From an uncultured Bacteroidales bacterium (GTDB lineage Bacteria; Bacteroidota; Bacteroidia; Bacteroidales; UBA4417): a DNA stretch of 64,000 nucleotides. Every line of letters starts with the position of its first letter. Within the stretch, counting starts at the first letter, position 1. Shown piece by piece: positions 1 to 8,292 of the stretch. A program made the translations under genes and the position numbers. A model generated the notes under the pieces. That model made no database searches. It worked only from the letters and a program-made list of their open reading frames with translations, and had not been told where the DNA came from. The stretch covers positions 11,022 through 75,021 of the forward strand of contig CAIRMR010000032.1 of the NCBI GenBank assembly GCA_903879715.1, read 5' to 3'.

Positions 1-635
1 GGGTCCTCCTCAAAGAATTCAATCTCATCTTCATCATCATCCCATTGGTAAATTTTCTGCTGTGGACCTTCACGTCTGTAACCAATAGCGATTACTATTC
101 CTGCCAGGCCGCCTAAAAGATGCGACTGCCATGAAATATTTTTATCCGGAAAAAATTTAGGTGATATACCCCAAACCAGGCTTCCATACAGAAATACAAC
201 TAATAATGAAAATGCCATCATCCGTGGCTCCCGGCGAAGTACCCCTCCTGTAAAATGAAATGTTGCAAGCGCATAAACAACACCTGAAGCTCCTATATGA
301 ATGCCTGTGTCAGCCGCAAATATCCAAACCCAAAGTCCTGTAACCAGCCAACAAAGCATAAGGATTGTCATTGCTTTTCTCCCGTAGTAATAAAACAAAC
401 CTGAAGATAACAAAAACAAAGGAACTGAATTCGACGAAAGATGTGCCCAATCCGCATGCAGCAAAGGCGAAAAAATTATACCACGCAGCCCAATAAGAGA
501 TTGCGGTAATAGTCCATAATCTGCTAAAGATAGCTGGAAACCGACTTCAATAACTTTAATCACCCAAAGTACCAGGACTAAAAGCCCCGGGAATACCATA
601 CTGCTAAAAAATCTGTGCTTTTCTTCCTTATCCAT
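1..635 (-). CDS. rhomboid family intramembrane serine protease (C-terminal end runs off the window)
   Basis: Absent from the ORF track because it is open at the window edge. My minus-strand translation from ATG (CAT at 633-635) reads MDKEEKHRFFSSMVFPGLLVLVLWV...LLHADWAHLSSN...GIHIGASGVVYAL...SHLLGGLAG. This is a multi-TM protein with the rhomboid GxSG serine motif and the downstream His helix. Confidence 0.75.
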   Translation of the reverse strand, partial: MDKEEKHRFFSSMVFPGLLVLVLWVIKVIEVGFQLSLADYGLLPQSLIGLRGIIFSPLLHADWAHLSSNSVPLFLLSSGLFYYYGRKAMTILMLCWLVTGLWVWIFAADTGIHIGASGVVYALATFHFTGGVLRREPRMMAFSLLVVFLYGSLVWGISPKFFPDKNISWQSHLLGGLAGIVIAIGYRREGPQQKIYQWDDDEDEIEFFEED

Positions 636-871
636 ACAACTTTAATTGCCTTACGAAAGTAGTGCTTTTTATACAGAGAAGGAAGATTATTGAACTGAGA
701 CCTGGTCGTTCTGATTTTTTCAATCACAATTCACCAATCCGGAATCACAATTCACAAATTAATAATCGTGAATTCGGATTTTTGATTTTTAATTTTCAGA
801 CCTTACTATTCTTCACAAAAAAAATTGTGAGTTTTGATTTGTGATTTGTGAGTTCTGATTTTCAGACCCGA

Positions 872-1789
872 CTATTCTTTAGGCTCGGACGGCTTAATAA
901 TAGTAAATACACGGTTTATTGTGAAACCAAGGAAAATACCTCCATCCGACCACTTACTGGTTGTTTCGGTAATGAAGGCCCTTTCAAACATAGGCTGTGC
1001 ATTGGTAAGCCTGAACTGGAAAACATGACCGCCAGTTTCAAGATCAACTCCTAGTGATAAACAATTACGGTATTCAGCCCCAGAAACCGGATCGGAATTA
1101 ATAAATCCGGGAATCTGGTAAAAATACTCTGCATTTAAACTGGTACGCTGCGCAACTTTGTACCTTCCCCCAATGCCGATTGATAATTGATCATTGCGAT
1201 CAGTCCTCAGTGGGACCAGGTTTTTATGAATATAGGTTGGTGTAAGTTGTACAGAAAAAGCATTCGAGAACTTTCTTGCAATCAGCACCTGCGCCAAATA
1301 CGAAAGACGCGAAGTGTAGTAATTTTTGCGGGTTTGATCTGTCCATTTTAATGAATTTAACATGGCACCTCCATATAACGACAGGGAAAACGGCATATTC
1401 CGCGCGCCTGTACTTTGCCTGAGTATTTTAACTTTTACCGATCCATCAAAGGTCTTTTGATATGAGCTCCGGCCCATACTAACACTTAACCAATCTTTTA
1501 TCCCATATTCCAATCCCAGCCTTACAGTTGATTGATCCAATCCCCACATCGCATAAGCTCCTTCGTTCAGTTTGCCAAAGTTGTGTTCCACCAGAAACTG
1601 AAGCGTACCTTTAGCGGGGCTTTCTATCGATTGCCCCAGTACAACACGGGTTGTTTTAAACGTCGCATAGGCATAATTCGTTTGAGGCGTTGAACCCTTA
1701 TCGAGCATATCCATCAGATCCTGCGCAAATAATTGACTGCTAAACACCGTGAGAATAAAGAAGATTGCTTGTATTTTATTTCGTATCAT
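872..1789 (-). CDS. outer-membrane beta-barrel protein (DUF5777-like), paralogue of 6759..7712
   Basis: Signal peptide (FFILTVFSSQLFAQ). Alternating beta-strand pattern ending in an aromatic-rich C-terminus. Shares an H(N/R)FG...G(L/I)...(V/I)R(L/F)GL(E/N)Y block (LVEHNFG...VRLGLEY versus LQHRFG...IRFGLNY) with the 317-aa ORF at 6759. The family name is from memory. Confidence 0.55.
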   Translation of the reverse strand: MIRNKIQAIFFILTVFSSQLFAQDLMDMLDKGSTPQTNYAYATFKTTRVVLGQSIESPAKGTLQFLVEHNFGKLNEGAYAMWGLDQSTVRLGLEYGIKDWLSVSMGRSSYQKTFDGSVKVKILRQSTGARNMPFSLSLYGGAMLNSLKWTDQTRKNYYTSRLSYLAQVLIARKFSNAFSVQLTPTYIHKNLVPLRTDRNDQLSIGIGGRYKVAQRTSLNAEYFYQIPGFINSDPVSGAEYRNCLSLGVDLETGGHVFQFRLTNAQPMFERAFITETTSKWSDGGIFLGFTINRVFTIIKPSEPKE

Positions 1790-1826
1790 AATATTTCATT
1801 TATCCTTTAACCTGAAAACAAAGTAA

Positions 1827-2477
1827 CTATTTGACTATTGAACATTTATTAAATTTAATATCGGTATCATCATAACCGATACAAACACCCTTAATTTTAA
1901 CTTTTGCGCCAACTACTAATGTGCCCGCTTCTTCATTGTGCTTTTTATACATCTGGCAGGCAATGGTTTTATCACCAAACATTGAGTCAGCCGCCATTAC
2001 AAATATGGCCGATACCAATGTATCATTTTTATCGATACGGCTCAGGTTACCGGTAACTTCAATCACCTGGTTATTGTATAACGAATCGGCTGTTTCCCGG
2101 TCGGTATTGTATTTGCTCCATATTTCTTCGGTCGAAACGGAATAAGCCGGGCTTGCCTTTTCTATATCATCATGGGGTTTATTATACATGTTCTGATATA
2201 TGTATATTGAACTTGTCAGCCCCAAAGCTAAAACGGCAAAAGATAGATATATCCATAACCTGTGTTTTTTAAGCATCATTTGATCTTTACTGTCTGAGAC
2301 AGCCCATACCAAAGCCCCAATCCAACCTAAAATGGTCGTACCTAGTAGAATGTTTACAAGAGCGATTCCATTGATATGTTTGCATTTTCTATAGGATGCA
2401 ATTAAGATGGGAATGATGTAGAGAATCCACAATACTATCATCAATCCTATAAAGTGATTATCGATTAAGTTCTTCAT
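1827..2477 (-). CDS. membrane protein: superinfection-immunity-like (Imm_superinfect) N-terminal TM module fused to a tRNA_anti-like OB-fold domain
   Basis: N-terminus YIIPILIASYRKCKHINGIALVNILLGTTILGWIGALVWAV matches the Imm_superinfect signature. The C-terminus (DSLYNNQVIEVTGNL...KVKIKGVCIGY...IKFNKCSIV) matches the OB-fold tRNA_anti-like pattern. Confidence 0.55.
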   Translation of the reverse strand: MKNLIDNHFIGLMIVLWILYIIPILIASYRKCKHINGIALVNILLGTTILGWIGALVWAVSDSKDQMMLKKHRLWIYLSFAVLALGLTSSIYIYQNMYNKPHDDIEKASPAYSVSTEEIWSKYNTDRETADSLYNNQVIEVTGNLSRIDKNDTLVSAIFVMAADSMFGDKTIACQMYKKHNEEAGTLVVGAKVKIKGVCIGYDDTDIKFNKCSIVK

Positions 2478-2510
2478 AGAGTCCGTTTTTAAAGTAATTT
2501 ATGTTTATTT

Positions 2511-2882
2511 TTAATTGTTTAGCATTCCCTTCCTTATCCAGATCTCAATTTTCGTCAAGTCGCAGGGTGAGAGGCTTCCGCCACCCTGAGGCATTGACAG
2601 AAAACCTGATTGGTGGTTGATAGCTCCTCTGATCCGTGTAATATTGGCTGATACAGACGCATAACTGTCAGTCTGAATATTTCCCGATGCGGTACTTCCA
2701 CTATGGCAGGAGTTACAATAACCTGCAAAAACAGGCGCCACTGATGCAGCGTAAGTTACAGTTGTTGTATCACAGGTGCTGCTTCCAAGGTATAAGTCTT
2801 CTTCATTGTCATAATAACACCCACTGATCGCAAGTGTAAGCGCCAATACAGATACAAGGTGTACTTTTATTTTTGTTTTCAT
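2511..2882 (-). CDS. small c-type haem lipoprotein (PSCyt1-like cytochrome c domain)
   Basis: Lipobox LAISGC, a single CxxCH (CNSCH), a distal Met (LSMPQGG) and a C-terminal ...IEIWIRKG motif. Confidence 0.6.
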   Translation of the reverse strand: MKTKIKVHLVSVLALTLAISGCYYDNEEDLYLGSSTCDTTTVTYAASVAPVFAGYCNSCHSGSTASGNIQTDSYASVSANITRIRGAINHQSGFLSMPQGGGSLSPCDLTKIEIWIRKGMLNN

Positions 2883-2995
2883 TTAAATTAGTTGTTTAGC
2901 ATAGTATTAAAATACATTTATTTAAATATTGTTCAAAGTACTGTCACAAATTGTATTTGGAACAGTTAATCCCACATGGAAAATAACGCAATGAG

Positions 2996-3379
2996 TTATG
3001 GACAGGTAGTATGAGTCGCGCCTTGCAAGATCCAGATGCTTATAATATCAATCTGTGAACTGGAAAGTGCTGATTTTGGTTTGGGAGGCATTAACCCCTC
3101 CAGGTTTGAATGTGCTGTAATCACTTTATGAAGCTCGCTTTGCATTGGCTTGCCTGCGGTTACATAGCTGTAAACATCCTCATACGTAGAAAGAGAAGGC
3201 CCCTCACCACTTCCGTGGCAACCGGGTACATTGCAATTCGAATTAATAATACCCATAACTTCCTGGTCGAAACAAACAATGGGTGTGCCTGGCGGGAGTT
3301 CCGGTTCATGTTTGCAGGAAGTAAGATAAATGCTTAAAAGTGTCAATCCTGCCAATGAAATAATTATTCGTGTTTTCAT
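2996..3379 (-). CDS. small c-type haem lipoprotein (PSCyt1-like cytochrome c domain)
   Basis: Lipobox YLTSC, a single CxxCH (CNVPGCH), a distal Met (GLMPPKP) and a C-terminal IISIWILQGA motif. Paralogue of 2511..2882 and 6353..6727. Confidence 0.6.
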   Translation of the reverse strand: MKTRIIISLAGLTLLSIYLTSCKHEPELPPGTPIVCFDQEVMGIINSNCNVPGCHGSGEGPSLSTYEDVYSYVTAGKPMQSELHKVITAHSNLEGLMPPKPKSALSSSQIDIISIWILQGATHTTCP

Positions 3380-3653
3380 TTATAAAAAAATTAAAAGGAA
3401 GATTTCCTGTGAAGAGAGTTTACAGGTATTAAAGGCTTTTCATAACTCCTACTGAGGCATTTTTAACCTAATGCAAATTTACGGGCTTTTTAACCTTCAA
3501 TTTGTGATTTATGTCACACCCACCTATTTATATTTATTCTAAACGATATGAAATGAGAAAAATTGTTAAATGCATAATGCCAGTTAAACAATTACCAATT
3601 TTGTGCGACAAATCATGTAATTTTGAAATTCAATTTTAATTCATCAGTAATCT

Positions 3654-5264
3654 ATGAAATTAGCCAAATATTCCCTGATAGGATTCTTTCTGCTCTTAAT
3701 AAGCATAAGTGTTTCAGCTCAATCAAAACAAAAGCCGGTTGATCCTAAGGCAACAACAATGAAGTTCAACACCCTGATGCAGCTAATAAACTATTATTAT
3801 GTCGAAGATGTTGATCAGCCAAAGTTAACCGAAGAAGCTATTGTAGCGGTTCTGAAAGAACTTGACCCGCATTCCGTATATATTTCAAAGGATGAAGTTG
3901 AAAAAACCAATGAGCCATTGGTCGGAAACTTTGATGGAGTTGGTATTCAGTTTCAGATATATAAGGATACAATTTTAGTTATTTCACCAGTTCCCGGTGG
4001 GCCTTCCGATAAATTGGGTATCCTGGCAGGAGATAAAATTATCAAAATCAACCGCGAAGATGCTTTTGGCAAAAAACTGACTACCCAATTCGTACTCGAC
4101 CACCTGCGTGGTCCAAGAGGAACGAAAGTAGATGTTGCCATTTACCGCAAAGGACATAAAGAACTGATTGACTATACCATAACACGGGACAAGATACCAC
4201 TCAACAGCATCGATGCTTCCTATATGCTTACCGACAATATAGGATATATAAAACTTTCGCGTTTTGCAGCCACTTCGACAGATGAATTTGTTGACGCTGC
4301 CAATGCATTAAAAAAGCAGGGGATGAAAAACCTCATTTTTGATCTTCGAGGAAATTCTGGTGGATATCTGAATATAGCCTTTGATCTGGCCGATCAGTTT
4401 TTACCTGCTGGTAAACTTGTAGTATATACCAAAGGTGTACGTAGCCCTAAACAGGATTTTATTGCCACCTCTAGCGGTACATTCGAAACAGGCAAACTGG
4501 TAGTCCTGATTGATGAAGGTTCAGCGTCAGCTTCTGAAATTGTTTCAGGCGCTGTGCAGGATTGGGATCGCGGGCTGATTATCGGAAGGCGGTCATTTGG
4601 GAAAGGCCTGGTTCAGCGGCCTTATATGCTTCCCGATAGCTCAATGGTTCGTATTACAACAGCACGTTATTATACTCCCTCGGGCCGTTGTATCCAAAAA
4701 TCATATGCTGATGGCGAAGAAGCATATGGTGATGACCTGTATAAACGCTTAAAACATGGTGAGATGTACCATGCCGATAGTATTAAATTTCCTGATTCAC
4801 TGAGGTATTTCACCCAGAATAAACGTGTTGTTTACGGAGGTGGTGGAATTATGCCCGACTACTTTATTCCTATGGATACTGCATTTGCGTCGAAATATTA
4901 TACCGATGTTTTTCGCAAATCGCTGTTGAACGAATTTACAGTTCAATATATTGAGACAAGGCGTAAAGACCTTCTCAAAACATATCCTGATATACAGGCA
5001 TTTAAAAAAGGATTTACCAATGATCAGAAATTGCTGGATGAATTTGTAGCTTTTGCTGAATCTAAAGATTTACCGCGCAACGATAAGGATCTGGAGGCAT
5101 CAGGGCTACAAATCAAAACAGTTCTGAAAGCATTGATTGCCCGGAATTTGTTTAACATGAATGCCTATTTCCAAATGATCAGTGCTACTGATGACGAATT
5201 GAAACAGGCTATAGAAGTAATTAAGAATGACTCGTTATTCCAAAAATTATCACAGGGTAAGTGA
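3654..5264 (+). CDS. S41 family C-terminal processing (tail-specific) peptidase with PDZ domain
   Basis: Signal peptide. PDZ-like segment (GVGIQF...PGGPSDKLGILAGDKIIKIN). S41 core (DLRGNSGGYL...LIDEGSASASEIVSGA...GRRSFGKG). Confidence 0.85.
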   Translation: MKLAKYSLIGFFLLLISISVSAQSKQKPVDPKATTMKFNTLMQLINYYYVEDVDQPKLTEEAIVAVLKELDPHSVYISKDEVEKTNEPLVGNFDGVGIQFQIYKDTILVISPVPGGPSDKLGILAGDKIIKINREDAFGKKLTTQFVLDHLRGPRGTKVDVAIYRKGHKELIDYTITRDKIPLNSIDASYMLTDNIGYIKLSRFAATSTDEFVDAANALKKQGMKNLIFDLRGNSGGYLNIAFDLADQFLPAGKLVVYTKGVRSPKQDFIATSSGTFETGKLVVLIDEGSASASEIVSGAVQDWDRGLIIGRRSFGKGLVQRPYMLPDSSMVRITTARYYTPSGRCIQKSYADGEEAYGDDLYKRLKHGEMYHADSIKFPDSLRYFTQNKRVVYGGGGIMPDYFIPMDTAFASKYYTDVFRKSLLNEFTVQYIETRRKDLLKTYPDIQAFKKGFTNDQKLLDEFVAFAESKDLPRNDKDLEASGLQIKTVLKALIARNLFNMNAYFQMISATDDELKQAIEVIKNDSLFQKLSQGK

Positions 5265-5309
5265 TAAGGTGTAAGGTGTAAGTGATAAGTTGAACACATA
5301 CATTTTAAA

Positions 5310-5351
5310 ACATTAAGCCCGGGCACTTGACATAGTACCCGGGCTTAATGT
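5310..5351. terminator. bidirectional intrinsic terminator between convergent ctp-like and fnr-like genes
   Basis: ACATTAAGCCCGGG-loop-CCCGGGCTTAATGT hairpin flanked by A/T runs on both sides. Confidence 0.6.
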
Positions 5352-5373
5352 TTAAAATAAAAATTGAAAGGCG

Positions 5374-6072
5374 CTATCCTGTTTGACTGATCTTACTAAG
5401 ATGTTCAGTATTTAAAATTTCGAAATCGTTTCCATTTACCTGAATAATCCCTTCGTCTTTAAACTCCCTGAGGATACGGATAGCACTTTCCTTCGACATA
5501 CCCGACATATCAGCTAAATCCTGCCTCGAAAGCGAAGTGCGAAAAGAATTGGATCCGTAAACTTTATCTTTCAGGTATAGTAAAACATCGGCAATCCGTC
5601 CTGGCATCTGCTTCTGAGTAAGACTAATGAAAAGTTCATAGTTATAAATGGATTGCAAACTAATTTTTTTCAGAAAATCTTCAGCAAAATCAGGATTATT
5701 CCGGATGAGAGACTTAAACGTAACCAGATCGACAAGGCATGCAACTGAATCTTCGATAGCCATAGCCGAAAAGTGATGCATCTGGTCAGCATAAATACCA
5801 GGTCCCAGAATGTATTCCACAGGTTTAACAACACTCAGGATAAGATTTTTATCATTAAAGCCTTCAATATAAGTTTTAACTTTCCCTTGGGTTAAACACA
5901 GGAAATGCATATTGGGAGTACCTTGTTTAAAGATAAGTTCACCCGCTTTAAAATGCACTTCAATGCGTTTTTCATCAATCTGGTCAAGTTCAGTCTGGCA
6001 AAGACAACTGAAAATATCGGCTTTATCCTTACAGGCTGAACATCCTTTGCTATATTGAGTATATTGGTTCAC
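5374..6072 (-). CDS. Crp/Fnr family transcriptional regulator with N-terminal Cys cluster (FNR-like, putative O2/redox sensor)
   Basis: N-terminal GCSACKDKADIFSCLC, a cNMP-binding beta-roll and a C-terminal HTH (SRQDLADMSGMSKESAIRILREF). Confidence 0.8.
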   Translation of the reverse strand: MNQYTQYSKGCSACKDKADIFSCLCQTELDQIDEKRIEVHFKAGELIFKQGTPNMHFLCLTQGKVKTYIEGFNDKNLILSVVKPVEYILGPGIYADQMHHFSAMAIEDSVACLVDLVTFKSLIRNNPDFAEDFLKKISLQSIYNYELFISLTQKQMPGRIADVLLYLKDKVYGSNSFRTSLSRQDLADMSGMSKESAIRILREFKDEGIIQVNGNDFEILNTEHLSKISQTG

Positions 6073-6188
6073 AGATTTTAGTTTTTAGTTCACTAGAAGG
6101 AAAATATTTTATCCAATCTGGTTTTTAACAAATGATTCTTAATCCTTCTATTCGCGTACAAAGATAATGACATATATCAATATATCGG

Positions 6189-6202
6189 TTGATAAGTATC
6201 AA
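6189..6202. promoter_or_regulatory. perfect FNR/CRP-type box TTGAT-N4-ATCAA
   Basis: TTGATAAGTATCAA read directly in the divergent intergenic region between the fnr-like gene (start 6072) and the cytochrome operon (start 6353). Confidence 0.5.
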
Positions 6203-6352
6203 AATAATAGTGTCAAACAATCATATTTAATTTATGCACTATTTCAGGATAAAAGTATTCCTTTGTAGCATTCAAATAATTACAGAAGCTTTGTTAAATT
6301 TATAACAAGAAGCCTGTCTCAAAATCTAAAACAACAAACAAATATCTAACCA

Positions 6353-6727
6353 ATGAAAAAGAGATTTCTCCGATTATTATTCCTGTCAGGCACATTGATC
6401 GCCCTGCTGACAGCCTGCGAATATGATTATAATGTACCCGTACCTCCTACTCCTGTACCACCGGCAAACGATGATATAAGTTACTCGCAGGATATTCAGC
6501 CAATCTTTGATGCTAAATGTATTAGTTGCCATGCAGGTAGTACTGCACCAAACCTTTTAACCGGCCAATCATATTCTGCCCTTGCCACATTTGTTGTCGC
6601 AGGAAGTCCTGAAACCAGTGAACTATATATCTCATGCAAACCCGGCGGAAGCATGGCTGTACATACATCGGCTGCTAATTTGAATCTCATTTATCGCTGG
6701 ATTTATGCAGGTGCTAAAAACGACTAA
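6353..6727 (+). CDS. small c-type haem lipoprotein (PSCyt1-like cytochrome c domain)
   Basis: Lipobox LLTAC, CxxCH (CISCH), a distal Met (GGSMAV) and a C-terminal IYRWIYAGA motif. Confidence 0.6.
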   Translation: MKKRFLRLLFLSGTLIALLTACEYDYNVPVPPTPVPPANDDISYSQDIQPIFDAKCISCHAGSTAPNLLTGQSYSALATFVVAGSPETSELYISCKPGGSMAVHTSAANLNLIYRWIYAGAKND

Positions 6728-6758
6728 ATTGACCTATAATCAATAAAAAAGAAAAATA

Positions 6759-7712
6759 ATGAAAAAGATTTATAAAACACTAAAATTTAGCGCTTTAACG
6801 CTTTTTACTCTGATTGCAGCACAGTCAGCAACATTTGCTCAGGAAGAAGCTACAGCAGACACTACTGTTCAGGAAAAACCTATTGACAAACCTGTAAGGC
6901 CGGCATTCGAAAACGCTTTGTTGTTCGACGCTGCAACAACCACATTTTATCCTTCTAAATCTCTTGAATTTGTGCTGCAGCATCGTTTTGGTGTAATTGA
7001 CACTAAAGATAACAATTATGATATGGCAGGTATTTGGGGATCAGCAAACATCCGTTTTGGATTAAATTACAGCATACTGAACAGCTTAATGGTTGGAGTT
7101 GGAACAACCAAATTCAATAAAATGACAGATTTTCAACTTAAGTACCGGGTTATTGAGCAAACCCGCTCAAACAGTATCCCGGTTACTGTAGCGCTTTATG
7201 AAGTTATTGGAATTGACGGGAGCCCGGATGCAAAATGGGATGGCACTCCTGATTCTGTAACTACAAAAGGCTACAAATTCGGTAACAGGATGTCGTACTT
7301 CACACAATTGATCGTTTCGCGCAGGTTCAACGATAAGCTTTCTTTACAAGTTGGCGGGGCATTTACACATTACAGTTGTGTAGATTCAGTATACAGCCAC
7401 GACAGGGTTTCTGTATCTTTTGCAGGAAGATATAAATTCTCTCCTCAGATGTCACTCATCGTTTCCGGCGACTTTCCTCTGGACATAAAAGCTATCAAAG
7501 ATTACAAGATAGTGAAAAGCAATACCATTATTTACGATAAACCCAGTCTTAATGCCGGTCTTGAAATAGCAACCAGTTCCCACGCTTTTCATGTATACGT
7601 GGCTTCTGCTCAGGGCATCATTCCTCAGGAATGCATCATGTGGAATAAAAATGATTTCTTCCATGGCGGCATACTTATAGGACTGAACATTACGCGCCTT
7701 TGGAATTTTTAA
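6759..7712 (+). CDS. outer-membrane beta-barrel protein (DUF5777-like), paralogue of 872..1789
   Basis: Signal peptide ending TFAQ, an HRFG block, and a beta-strand pattern ending ...GLNITRLWNF (C-terminal Phe). Confidence 0.55.
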   Translation: MKKIYKTLKFSALTLFTLIAAQSATFAQEEATADTTVQEKPIDKPVRPAFENALLFDAATTTFYPSKSLEFVLQHRFGVIDTKDNNYDMAGIWGSANIRFGLNYSILNSLMVGVGTTKFNKMTDFQLKYRVIEQTRSNSIPVTVALYEVIGIDGSPDAKWDGTPDSVTTKGYKFGNRMSYFTQLIVSRRFNDKLSLQVGGAFTHYSCVDSVYSHDRVSVSFAGRYKFSPQMSLIVSGDFPLDIKAIKDYKIVKSNTIIYDKPSLNAGLEIATSSHAFHVYVASAQGIIPQECIMWNKNDFFHGGILIGLNITRLWNF

Positions 7713-7778
7713 AAGACAAACCTTTTATTTGGAATACTTATTGCATCAAAACAGATATAACTACTAAAAAAAAACAAA

Positions 7779-8195
7779 ATGAAAAATTCAATTAAACTTA
7801 TCGTAATTATTTGCACTGCTATTGTTTTTGTTACAGCCAATATGGCTATGGCACAAAAAGCTGGCGGTCCATGGACAATCCCGGCAACCTACAAAAACAT
7901 GAAAAGCACTGTAAAAGCCGGTGATGCTTCAATCAACACGATTGGAAAAGAAAACTTCAACAAACATTGCAAATCATGCCATGGAGCCAAAGGTTTGGGT
8001 GATGGTCCAAAAGCCGCCAACCTGAAAACAAGCACAGGTAACTTCTCACTTGCTGCATTCCAGGCCAGAACTGATGGTGAACTTTATTACATGTCGTTTA
8101 TCGGCCGCGACGAAATGCCTAATTTCGAAAAGAAAATTTTAGACGTTGCTGACAGATGGGCTGTTATTGGCTACATCCGTACTATGAAAAAATAA
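7779..8195 (+). CDS. class I c-type cytochrome (monohaem, periplasmic)
   Basis: Signal peptide, CKSCHGAKGLGDG and a distal Met in DEMPNF. Confidence 0.75.
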   Translation: MKNSIKLIVIICTAIVFVTANMAMAQKAGGPWTIPATYKNMKSTVKAGDASINTIGKENFNKHCKSCHGAKGLGDGPKAANLKTSTGNFSLAAFQARTDGELYYMSFIGRDEMPNFEKKILDVADRWAVIGYIRTMKK

Positions 8196-8209
8196 TTTGA
8201 TTGTAGATA

Positions 8210-8252
8210 AAGGGTGTTCAGGATAAAATCAGAACACCCTTTATTTTTTTTT
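8210..8252 (+). terminator. intrinsic terminator/attenuator inside the cytochrome gene string
   Basis: AAGGGTGTTC-12 nt loop-GAACACCCTT followed by TATTTTTTTTTT. Confidence 0.6.
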
Positions 8253-8292
8253 GCCTGAAAAATCCCTGTTCTACTAATTTTTTCAAAAAAAA

